Source of the DNA: Trichoplax adhaerens
Lineage: Eukaryota > Animalia > Placozoa
Assembly: GCF_000150275.1 (NCBI RefSeq)
Contig: NW_002060943.1
Span: 11,098,878 to 11,162,877 of the forward strand
DNA: 64,000 nucleotides
Reading direction: 5' to 3'
Position numbers and translations under genes: made by a program. Shown here one piece after another: positions 1 through 11,680 of the stretch. Each line of letters starts with the position of its first letter. Within the stretch, counting starts at the first letter, position 1. Under the pieces are notes generated by a model. The model was given only the letters and a program-made list of their open reading frames with translations, did not search any database and was not told the origin of the DNA.

Positions 1-130
1 ACGATGGCAACTACGGTACAGCCATTTTTAACTAGTACTTAAAGACATGATTACAAATGTGTATATTCTAGTGTTCTACTCTATTGAGAGTATTTCATAC
101 ATAAAGTTCTTCTTATGCAATTTCATCTAC

Positions 131-232
131 CTCTTTTAGCTCCAGTTCATTGACAGCTCTTTGAATATCTTCTACAGCTGTTAAAAGATCCACAGAAGAC
201 ATGTTGTCCTCCACCGAACTCAATATAGTAAG
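131..232 (-). CDS. Possible coding exon of an unidentified minus-strand gene (coiled-coil-like) running off the left edge
   Basis: Open frame tag|LTILSSVEDNMSSVDLLTAVEDIQRAVNELELKE|gt with phase-0 acceptor and donor; an ATG at 202 is an alternative start. Heptad-like composition; no family recognised. Confidence 0.35.
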
Positions 233-1100
233 CTACAGTAGTAGTTTAGTTGGACTGTCCAACCATAGTACAGTACTAAATGAAGTCTACAGTACCATAC
301 TAACTGTACCGTACTGTACTGTAGCAGATCCGGTGTACTGTACTGTAGGTGTACAGTACAGTAGTCCTACCACGGTCTTCACCGTCAGCAGTGTGTAACA
401 GCAGGTAATCAGGTTATGATGACATCATTTTTGCCAGAGTGTCAAACTTTACTCAATACGGGCAATAATGATTTATAGTGTTTAATCATACAGGAGGCAG
501 TGCTATCGTAAGCAAAACTAATGTCACTAGTGTCGTATTTTGATCGCACCTAACTTGAATCGCACTGTAACCTGCTTTGCAAGCCCCAACCCCCCCCACC
601 ACTATCAAGTTCAAACTACTGTCGTCATCATCGTATTTTCTGGTAGTAAATACTGTCCAAATAGAAATTCTCATGTTAGGAAATCCAATGATTGTAAAAT
701 TGAACTGCAGTAGTTCCAGCTCAATGCATCGTTGGAATTTGGATGCATTTGAACTGGAACTACATGACAGTTTACTACAGTTCGTGACTTGGAAGAGAAA
801 AACTCTTTTTAGAGAAGTTTTTCTCTTAGAAGTCCCCGCGCCCTGACCATTGACGGAATCGACGGTATGAATATTACAGTACAGTACTGTACGTAAATTG
901 AAATTCTTTTCTTTTTCTTCTTGTTGTAAAATTGTCAATACGATAGTCAGTAGTGCAGTGTACAGTACAGTACAACCGTCCACTGTCTGTACTGTAGGGG
1001 ACTGTACACTGTACAGTACTGTACTGTACGTGTCAACGTCTGCCGCCCTACTAATACAGTAGGGAGAAACGGGGCTGTAACGGTACCAAGGCAGAACGAT
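230..1100. promoter_or_regulatory. TACAGTA/TACTGTA-rich block between divergent genes (putative bidirectional promoter region)
   Basis: Dense gtacagtac/gtactgtac motifs at about 265-365 and 875-1035, upstream of the Par-6 start and of the minus-strand exon. Confidence 0.4.
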
Positions 1101-1545
1101 TCTCCATTCTTCGTCTTTACTGTTTTAGTATCAACGTGACGTTCCAAGTGATATAGTAACAAGTGTATGTGAGTCACTAGCGACAGTATTCTATTGTATG
1201 TTTGCTAATATTGCTTGGGTCAATTCGGCCAATATCGTCATTGCCAACGCCATTTTTAAGGAGGATTATCCATTTCAGTTTTTACTCCAATCGAAAGAGC
1301 ACAACTTCTTGATACAGAATAAGAACAATATCTACTTTTGATGACAACGCACTCATTTTAGTGTAGGTGTAGTGTTGTACCAATTTATTGGATGATACTG
1401 TACACAGTGGACAGTAGACAGTAGACTATACCGCAAGTAGAAGAAGGAATTCGGGCTGCCTGTATGGAGTTATTGATTCAGAATTTATTATAATACTAAG
1501 TTGGAACAACGCAGTGAGTGACGGTAATCTCGACTTGAAGACAGA

Positions 1546-4500
1546 ATGCCTCGAGCCACGACAGCAAACGAATCTACTTTAGTAGAAATTAAAAGTAAAG
1601 TAGGTCCAGCCTATTGATAATGATAAGTCATTCCAAGCTCATTAACTCACCAGCCTTGATGATGCGAAATATTATGTCAACTGATTTCTCTACTTGAGTA
1701 CAAGGATGAACGATTAGCTTTCTCTTATTGTTAATGGTGAACTTTATTCTAGACCAATTATGTGCTACTGGTAGTAAAATTGCATCAATTATATATTCTA
1801 AATTTGTACCGTTATTTAATGTAGTGAAGTACTAGTCAATTCAGTGCTGAATATCAAAAGCGTCGTGTATGTAAAAAAAGTCGATACTGTTGAAACTTTC
1901 AAACCATTATACTGTACGATTCGTAAAGTAATTATTACGCAGCCTGCCTAATCATTAAAACGCAATAGAGTATATAAAGTACTACTCTACCTTCCAAGTT
2001 AATAGATTTGATATGTACAGTACAGTATAGTACATTTTAGCGTGCTGTAGATAATCATTCCCTATCAATTTGATTGTAATGACATAGAATTTTGTCAAAC
2101 CTGTCTGTGTGTGGCCAGTATTAAAACAAACAAAACAAAACGATGTTATTAGACAATCATGGACTACACCCATACTGATTTTAGTTGTCCTTTTTTATTT
2201 GCATCATTTTAGTTCGATGCGGAATTCCGCCGGTTTTCTTTCGATAAAAAGCAAATTACCTCCTTCGATGATTTTTTCGACTTGATAATGCGTATGCATA
2301 GACTACGAGAAAATGATTACATTTTAGCCTACACCGATCCTGTTCATGGAGACTTTCTACCAATCAATAACAACGAAAATTTCGCTAGAGCGGTTTCCAC
2401 TGCAAAACCTCTGCTACGCCTATGTGTGCAAAGAAAAGGTATGACCAAAATTACCAGAGACGTACTTTATCGTGCTTAATGACAATCACTAATTTATATT
2501 ATGATGGCTCAATACAATATAAGCGCGTACAATATTATGCTCGTGTATGTCGATCCTATATTAGCTTTCTAAGTTCTACTTAATAAGAGATACTTCATTC
2601 CGGCTATTAGTCTAGTTTATTTATTTATTTATTCAACGGTCTTAACGTATACGAATGACTTAACTAAATTCGCGTCAATAGTGTCATCAAACTGAATTTT
2701 CAACTTTTGTATTGTTAAAATCCTTAGGGGATCAGATAAGAATCTTTGACTCTCATAATAAAGGAAACAAGAAATCTAAACTTAATTCATTACAGATTAG
2801 TTTACCATCAGATTTTAGAAAAGTATCTTCAATTGTTGATGCTGATGTTCTTCCGGTAACGCAGCGCCGTGTTAAATTGGTTAGAGGTAACAGTAGCAAA
2901 CCGTTAGGATTTTATATTCGTGACGGTATTAGCATCAGAGTAACTTCAAATGGCATCGAGAAAGTTCCTGGAATATTCATATCACGTCTTATATCTGGAG
3001 GACTGGCGGCTAGCACCGGACTACTTGCCGTTAATGATGAAGTGTTAGAAGTCAACGGTATTGAGGTCGCTGGCAAAGTAAGCGAGATACAGTTGTTTCT
3101 AAGTGTAATTTTAAATTATAATTTATGACACGATAAAATAAATGTATCGCCGAGGTTGTGAACTTAGGATTAGAAATGTCATGAATTCCCAGATTTACCT
3201 GAAGTAATCTTGATAACGAAAATCTAGAAAACCATACTTTAACTGTGTTAAAAATCTTTAGCTGAAACTGCCATTCTCAACTACTGTATAAATACTGCGC
3301 AATAAGTTATGATCATTCTATATGAAAATTTCGAGAAAATCTAATTCTATTGTTTTTACTAATAGTGCAATAAGCCTTAATACAAATGTCAGTAATATCG
3401 TGTTAATATTACTGTACAATCTATCTCTGTTTAATCTGAACTATGCAAATTTACCGAAATCTGTCATATTGCAGAGCTCAGTTGGTTTATTAGTAATGAT
3501 GATAAAGTAATTTGAGTATAGGATGTGTACCAGTATATTTAAGTCAAAGTTAATATAGGTGTGAGTCTTTCATGTATACCAATACTACTGTATGTACTTA
3601 CACTACTCTATGCGTCCGTGATATTATTCCCCTAACCATAAGCGATAAATTTGTTATGTTCTAATTGCTTATACAAGTCACATTTTCATAATTGTATATT
3701 CACAGAAAAGTATCGCAAAATCAGTACTTACACCTCTGAACCTTTCTCAGCCCCTCTAATCTTGCAAATTATCGCTAGTATGCTACGATAAAGTACCCTA
3801 GCAGATTAAATTAGTAAAATTTGGGGAATGATTTATAGATAATTACTTTTCGATCTGATTACGGCTGAATTTCACAGGGAAACTAAGCTGTATCGCCCTC
3901 TGTTTGTAAACGATTTTCATTTAATAATTATACTTTGCAGACTTATTACATTATTATTATTATTATTATTATTGTAAATTAATGCTACAATAATAGATAC
4001 ATTCACATCCAAATTACGTATTATACAGTATGTAGTAGCTGTATATGATCGTTTAGAGGTTATTAAATGATGAGTTATACGTTTATCGTATGTTTCTGCA
4101 GACACTAGATCAAGTAACTGATATGATGGTAGCCAACAGCCAAAACCTAATTATTACTGTAAGACCAGCAAACCAAGAAGTTGGAATAGCACTGCCGCAA
4201 GAGGAGCCGAATTATGGTTCAGTGCCAACATCTTCGAGATCTTCGGCACGATATTCTTCTACCCCCAGCATACAGCAGTCCATCGAAAACTTATCAATAG
4301 AAAATAACGGTACCTCTCAGGAAGCAGCTAACGCCAACATTAATGAAGATCTAGACAGAAATTTACCTCAACAGGACGAGAATATACCAGCCTATGAAAA
4401 CTATCAATCGCCATCAGAGAACTTTAATCACCAAAGTGACGATGTTCTACCAGAACGCAACGACAGTGACCAGTTGCAAGATCAAACTAATCACGTATCA

Positions 4501-4740
4501 CAACATGATGATATGAATCCCAATAACTATGATAGTCCCTATGAATCATCTATACCAAACAACATTGAGCACAATAATCGCTACGAAGATGACGAATCAG
4601 CAGAAAATTATTATGATGTCCAGGATAACGAAGAAAATGATCCTCACGAACAGCTACCTACTCAGAACCATCCTTCGCAGGCTACTGAACCGAATGATGA
4701 TCATATTGACTCTGATGACTATAGTGGTGATGAAGTATAA
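1546..4740 (+). CDS. PARD6: Partitioning defective 6 (Par-6) cell-polarity protein; exons 1546-1599, 2213-2438, 2728-3077, 4102-4740
   Basis: PB1 domain (VEIKSK|FDAEFRRF...[19 protein letters not shown]), semi-CRIB ([20 protein letters not shown]) and PDZ ([10 protein letters not shown]...[20 protein letters not shown]|[25 protein letters not shown]). All three introns are GT-AG and phase-compatible. Confidence 0.96.
3951..3973. repeat. (TTA)n microsatellite in Par-6 intron 3
   Basis: ttattattattattattattatt. Confidence 0.8.
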
Positions 4741-6400
4741 GTGAATTGTATAACTGCAGCCACTATTTACTGTACTGCGAAGATGTTTGAAATAATGAAA
4801 GTAAATTCGATAATTGGCTATCGCAATGCATAGGCCTGTTGCATTATTAATTAATTATCGACCTATTTTTAACAACCTGATGTAATGATTTAATATATGT
4901 GATTTCGGTCAAAATTTTGATTCTTACTTAACTAGATGAAAATTATGGTTTACTTAAAAAATTTTTGATATTCTACTAGCCAAATCCTGGAGATGTATTA
5001 TTCATTAGATATGATAATGACGAATGTTGTCACAGTAGTTATAAAATCCGCTGTGAATACGCGTGCTTGCTTGGTAGAATATCAAATACTTCTATGTTAT
5101 TTATGTTCTCCCATTTCATTATAATTAGAGTAGCATTTGGTATAAAATTCTAGTTTTACGTTTGGCAGATTTTATTGACTAATCATAATTTTCTTTCGGT
5201 GCTATATTATTTACGGGATACTGGTATTTGAATGAGATAGTTCTCCACAGTATATAATATTTGAAAGACTACTGACCACTTTGGTACAATTTTTACTTAA
5301 GGTTGTGGGCAGCGTTGTCTGCTTCTTCCTAAGGTACGGTGTAGCAATCTGTTTGTGATTTCATGCTATTGCCATTTAAATTCTCAGCACGTTGCAGAAC
5401 CATTATTAGAATGCTGATATTATGACTCTGTAAATTTTTGACCTCTAATTTTGTTGCATATTTAGGCTCAACTTCTTTTCTGTCATAATTTTTTTTAACC
5501 AATTCAGTATGACAATAATCTATGAATTATTACTACTGCGACCTATGAATTGAATATGTTTCTTAATGTAGCATGACCTACTCCCCAAGGAATGTTATGT
5601 AGTGCTGTGATGTACTAGCGGACCTGGCATAACTACCTGATCGGTTCTAGAACATATCTTTTTAAATCGAAAATAAAGTTTTCACGACATTTATTGTTTT
5701 AATTTTAATTTTAAATATTGATTACATAACTGGTAAGAAATGAATATGAAATAAAGGAACGGTAATAATCATCGTTGCAATTTTTGAATTAAACTTTCTC
5801 ACATTTTATAGCGACTGAGAAAGCGACTTGTGGACAACTGTAATGCGAAGTTCGCCATGCGTACAGTACCATAGTAGCATGTACTGTACCTGTACAGCTG
5901 TACTGTATTTGTAAAATATGGTCTATCGATCCATTTTTGATCAACCTACAGTACAGTATAACACGGGTTATCTACTGCACTTTTTTTCATCAATGTATTA
6001 TTATACAGAAGTGATGTGATGCTCGATTGCCAATGCTGTTCAGATGGCCAATTGACAGTACAGTAATCAATTAAGTAAAGCGATTCAACTGTATCAAATA
6101 ATTTTCTTCTCCATTGTGTGGCTGACAGGAAATATGGATCAATCAATACACAGTACAGTACAGCAATTACATGATTACAGTATAGGACAGTACTGTAGTG
6201 GTTACAATACAATACAATAGCGTATACTGTACTGTTAACTAGAGAAGAGACTGGATAACTGACAAGTGTCTCTTAATTAAAACTGTTGGTGCTAAAAATC
6301 TGCGTGGAAAAGGTACAGAGTTCATAGGGGCGTCAAAGCACTGGTAGTGGTAGGCACGTCCATACTGTAGGGCTGGAGGCACGCGGGCTCGTTCTTTGTC

Positions 6401-6529
6401 AGTTTTTTACCGTACTGTACACTGTACACTGTACAGTCTAGTACTGTAGTCAGGGACTTGTAAAAGACAAAAACTACAGTACAGTACAGTATTCTTTTAC
6501 AAGTCCCTACTGTACAGAACGGTAAAACT
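6401..6529. repeat. Long imperfect inverted repeat (hairpin / MITE-like)
   Basis: agggacttgtaaaaga (6452-6467) pairs perfectly with tcttttacaagtccct (6493-6508). ttttaccgtactgtac (6405-6420) pairs with gtacagaacggtaaaa (6512-6527) with one mismatch. Confidence 0.75.
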
Positions 6530-6544
6530 ACTGTAGTCTTCTGT

Positions 6545-6842
6545 ACTGTACAGTACAGTACAGTACAGTATTCAAAAGTTTTACAGTACTGTACTGTAAG
6601 GGAGTGTACTGTACACTGTAAAGACCATAAGGATACTGTACTGTACAGTGTACAGTACAGTATTCAAAAGTTTTACAGTACTGTACTGTAAGGGAGTGTA
6701 CTGTACACTGTACAGACCATAAGGATACAGTACTGTACAGTATTCAAAAGTTTTTACAGTACTGTACTGTAAGGGAGTGTACTGTACACTGTACAGACCA
6801 TAAGGATACACTGTTCAGTACAGTACGCTGTACAGTACTGTA
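6545..6842. repeat. Tandem repeat, about 3 copies of an 80-92 bp TACAG-rich unit
   Basis: gtattcaaaagttttacagtactgtactgtaagggagtgtactgtacactgta(a/c)agaccataaggatac recurs at about 6568, 6660 and 6740. Confidence 0.9.
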
Positions 6843-7110
6843 CTGAACACACACGCTCTCAGCGTGAAACTGTTCATAAAAAGTGAAACGTACGGTTCCT
6901 CTGCGTCGCCGTAGTAGCTGGTACGCGATTGATAGTTTTCCTACACTACACTACTGGTTCTAGCGTTACCCGCATTTCGTCAATTTCAACAGTCAAAACG
7001 GATTAGGGTGCTCGCAACTGGCACACTTTTCGCCTCTCAATCGAACGAACTGCTATCTTAGTTTTCTTAGCTTTACAACGATTCCGATATTTTGAGCTTT
7101 AAATAGAGTC

Positions 7111-7335
7111 ATGGATACTGGTGCACTCGTTGGCATTATTATAGGTTGTGTAATAGGAGCCATCCTTGTACTATATTTGTTTATCAGATGGCGTGGTACC
7201 ACTATCGGTGGTTATCAAACTGGGGAAGCAAATGAAATGACTAAGACTGAAATAAAGCTTGGTATGCAACAAAGTCCTGACGCTACTGGTGCTCAGCCAC
7301 CTCCAATTGATAGAAAGAAGGAGTGGTATGCCTAA
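7111..7335 (+). CDS. 74-aa single-pass membrane microprotein with glycophorin C/SMAGP/syndecan/neurexin-type cytoplasmic tail
   Basis: N-terminal TM helix (ALVGIIIGCVIGAILVLYLFI), basic stop-transfer RWR, juxtamembrane GGYQTGEA resembling the 4.1/FERM-binding GxY motif, and C-terminal KKEWYA PDZ ligand. An in-frame TGA lies at 7093 upstream of the ATG. Confidence 0.8.
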   Translation: MDTGALVGIIIGCVIGAILVLYLFIRWRGTTIGGYQTGEANEMTKTEIKLGMQQSPDATGAQPPPIDRKKEWYA

Positions 7336-10300
7336 GTCTCAGAAAGGATTGATTCAATGTAACAGAACTCTGGCAAATACCTAATTTTAACGTTGTTGGC
7401 TGCGTTCGCATTCTCTTGTTTTCTTATACTAGTTATTTAGCGCTTAGTTTGATGTTGCTTGGTTCAGGTGCCTCTTTACTCCATACATACTGGCCGTAAA
7501 TTGATCGGTTGATTGGAATTTAATTTTCAGTCTTGTCCACTTTTGCACCGTTCCAATTAGCATACTAATTATGATTATCTTTTATAATACTTAAAATGCT
7601 TGTCGCATCTATTTTGCTTGGTAATGCACTAATTTGTCAATTACCAACTTTTACTTGAAAGTGATAAACTATTAAATTAATCGGACTAAAACTTAGTTGC
7701 AGACTTGATTTGCAGCGAGAGATAGTGGATACTTAGAATTTTCGTGCTAAAACGTCGTCAATGTTTTATTTTATCGGTCAGTGACTTAATTTTACCTTTT
7801 AAAAAATGAATGTGATATGGTTTAATTTAATTTCTTAGGCTTGCCGTTACTTATGTTACTACTAACTTTGACGGAACCTTTCTGATAATAGCGTTTCAAA
7901 GCGTACAGAAAAATTATTGTACAGTACAGTAGATATTTTAAATTATTTGATTTCTTTTCTATCGGAGAAAGAGGCATCCTGTAGCGGTAGTGCTTACTTA
8001 TCGTATCATGTTTATTCATCTTAAATCGGTTAAATCGTAAGTTGTGATTGTTATTAAACGATATGTGTTTCCTCATGTAGTAAAGCCACTACTGTACGTA
8101 AACTGTACCCGGATAGAATGGGATTCAGACACCATCAGCTAAAATAAACTTACGTTTTATTATTACTATTGTACTGTCACTAATGATTTCATATATTAAA
8201 GCATGCCTGTATTTTGAGATAATTTGCTCAGCATTTTAGCCGATCAGTTCATTTTACGATATACCGTGCATGACTATATTTACTGTTGGCACTAGACTTT
8301 GTACTTACAGAACTATGGACTGAAACGTACAGTGCTGTGCTTTTATGGTATTTCTAGCAGATGAATCGGGCTGTTATTAAGTTCGCTTGAGCGATAATAA
8401 TAACAAACAGGAGTGGCAAGAAAGCATGAGGCAATGAGTACCTGATTTTGCAGATTAATTAGACTTTTTATACTAAACTGTGATACTGTACTATGAAAGC
8501 GTTGATGGATCTCGACTCTGGAGTCGGTAGATACTGACATCATACTGTACAATGTGCATACATACACGTGTATCCTTTTAATACCTTCGTCTTTATGAAC
8601 AGTCTCTACGGTGCGGCCTGATCATAATGATTACACATCCCGTCCAGCTAGCTAGACTTGTAGCTCACTTTGTTCTATAGTCTCTACAACAAGCAATCAT
8701 CGGTTGTAGCTTCGAAATCATGGATAGCGAGCCTCGAAATTAATCATTGATTAATTAATTAATCTTAAATAGTACTGTACGCTAAGGTACTATTAACCTT
8801 GCAATAACTGAGATGGGTGGATACCAAGGTACCTGTTACTATTGTGGGGTGTTCCAGAGATTAATGCTGTACACAGTTGAGTTCAAGCAATACAGTTGTA
8901 ATCTAACACCTACAGATTATATACCAGGATTATAAAATAGCTTATATCTTTAGTAACTTTTGCTAGCTGTGGACTTGGACTTTGACTAGTTGATAATGGT
9001 GGTGATTTTTGAGCTGGAGGCACGTGGACCTGTAGTTTTACCTAGTTTTACCCACATGCAGTACGGTACAGAAATGCTTACTGCACGGCCTGGCACATAC
9101 TGTACAGTACAGTGAACACTGCCATGCCACCACAAGGCAGAACGGTACTGAACGGTACGATAGTATTCCATTACGCTTACTACTGTATGAGGTAACGTAA
9201 AAAATCGTCGGACAATGAATTAGTGTACTGTATGGCTGACTTGAACTTCCAATTTCAAATTTATTGGCTGTAACTATAGCTTAATGTGTCATTGAAATTC
9301 GGCGTTTATCCATGATTAGGTTTAAGGATTGAAAATTGTGGGGTTTTGTGTATAACAGTAGATACTTTTGAACAAGAGAGATTTAAAGGTACGCGCTTAA
9401 ATGTATGATTTCAAAGAAAAAGGAAAAAGTTTCTGTGTACGTGCTTTCTATTTGTTTTTAACAGTCCCTGAGTACAGTACAGTACTCTACTCTACAGTGT
9501 ACAGTGTACAGTATTGTACTGTACTGTACCAACGGTAACAAATTAATTATGGACCAACCGCCCGAGACAGTACAGCTGTACCTCAGTAGGTGATCCAAAG
9601 TTTGGTTCGTCAAGACCGCTCACGCGTTTTGTAGTAAAGTACCAGTGTCCTGTAGCAGTAGCCGTATTTTATGGACATAACTATAAACAGCAGAGAATGA
9701 TCCGATACTGTTATGCTACCGGCAAAGTATGCACTGTAATATAGTGATTAAATGATGTAAATCTGCCTTCGAAAATCTCGGATACAGTGTCAACTTGGTG
9801 CTACAGACTACTGTACTAAAAGAGACACAGACGGTGTGATAGTCTGTATCGCTGCATGGATGAAAAGGATTTAGCATTTGTTCGTGTTGGACACCGTGTG
9901 AGCCGTGAGGTGTCGATCGTACCATGGACTTGACAACAAAAGTCGATAACTGCGGCATACCAACCATGATCCAATCAATGTTTTCTTGGCCATTTTTTTC
10001 TCAATGAGCGAAAAATTTTTCTCTCGATTGGCAGGGGACTTTTGTGAAAAAATCATCACCACATAGTTTGCATAGGTTCGCAATTGTGTTGTATATATGC
10101 AACAGTCGTTATTTTGAACAGAACCTCTCCTAGTCCAACAATAATACGAAAAACACATCTACTACGCACACGCTACTCACATCCTACGAGATTCTAAAGC
10201 CGAGAAATCAAATTGGCAAATCCTAAATCAGATACAGTAACTAATAGTAACCATTATGAATCGATCATTATTGCCTTTAAATTCAGGGACGTACAGTATA

Positions 10301-11680
10301 TCACACCGGTATTATAGGGAATATAGCTCATTAAAATGAATGAATAGTCTTAAATTTACAATCACTAGATGATAGAGACCATCAGATCCACAACAAGAGA
10401 TGATTACACACTACATGCGATTCAGTAAACTGGAAGAAAATAGTTATGAGTCGATCTTGCATGAGTATTTTAAATAAGTTCAATACATGAATTCAAACTC
10501 GCTATTTTCATGAGCCCTATACAGTATTGACAGAATATTGAACAATAACGTAATCGAACCATTTCCAATCTTGGTCATATTTTATCAATATCCCAAAACA
10601 TACTATTTAGGATTAGTTATAGATATTAAGGAAACATTCTTGTAAAAATAATAATAATAATAATAAATACTTGTCTATTTAATCGATTTACGACGTTAGG
10701 GAAAATTTTAACTAATAAGTATAGATACAGTTCAAGCAAAGTGAATCAAATCAGTTAACGCTAATTTAAGTATAATATGTAAGATATGCGTTACAAAAAT
10801 GCGAGTAGGTTTAATTGAACATGATTTACGAGAGATAGAACCGAAGATACCATTTAAAATTGGCAGACACTGCGACAGTAGCACTAACGATGCTAAAAGA
10901 GTAAAATATAGCGAATAATATTTACTCCCTACGAGTTTAGTAGATCACATTAATGATGCTTCAAAAGGTCCACTGATGGTGTTATTCTTCTTCAATTAAC
11001 AAATACAGTACCACATGTTTCGAATCCGTTTACTAAACTTACCGCAAATATACAAGGTAATAGACTCGCCTTTAATAGTCGTGAAAATTCAGCACGTAAA
11101 CCGTCTCGTAATTTTGACTGCACTACTCAATTACTCCATTAACCTACGATATTATTAAAAATATAGTATCCACACAGCGGTGAAATGCAATATCGTAGGC
11201 TAGTAAATCGAATCATGATAATAATTAAATATATAATTACGTAAAGTATTGATTATTTTCCACTCAAAAATTTCATTCAAAGAGCCGTCGTCATAAAATA
11301 AATAAACAAAGTTGGTATCCTCCCAGGCGAAATATTTTACACCCGTAATAATCCTACCGTATACGCGAATAAAGCTCAAACCATTACTAAGTCGCCACTG
11401 CATATCTACGTATCGCTTTACCATTACCAAGATTAGATTGAACCATTAGTAACCTTATTCGCATAATAACGCACAATAGTAAATTTGGTTCTTTAAATCT
11501 ACAAAAGGCCTCAATTTCAAGCGTACTTAATATCTTCAAGTTATTGTAATGACTACAAAAAATTGAAATATTCATTCTTACGGTTAAATATCGTACGTTT
11601 AAGATCATAACATAGACAAAAGAAAGCAGCACAATTTTTTATTTGCTTATAATATCGGTGATTTAGTGCGGCATTATAGC

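Noticed and set aside
201-1177. ORFs 201-398, 486-983, 577-846 and 947-1177
   Set aside because: Largely translations of TACAGTA-type low-complexity DNA (YSTV/TVLY); no recognisable family and no consistent splice model.
5946-6811. ORFs 5946-6212 and 6581-6811
   Set aside because: Translations of the motif-rich and tandem-repeat region.
10030-10045. AAAGTCCCC (minus strand) as an RNase MRP/P conserved region
   Set aside because: No matching downstream conserved element or pairing could be found; a short motif alone is not enough.
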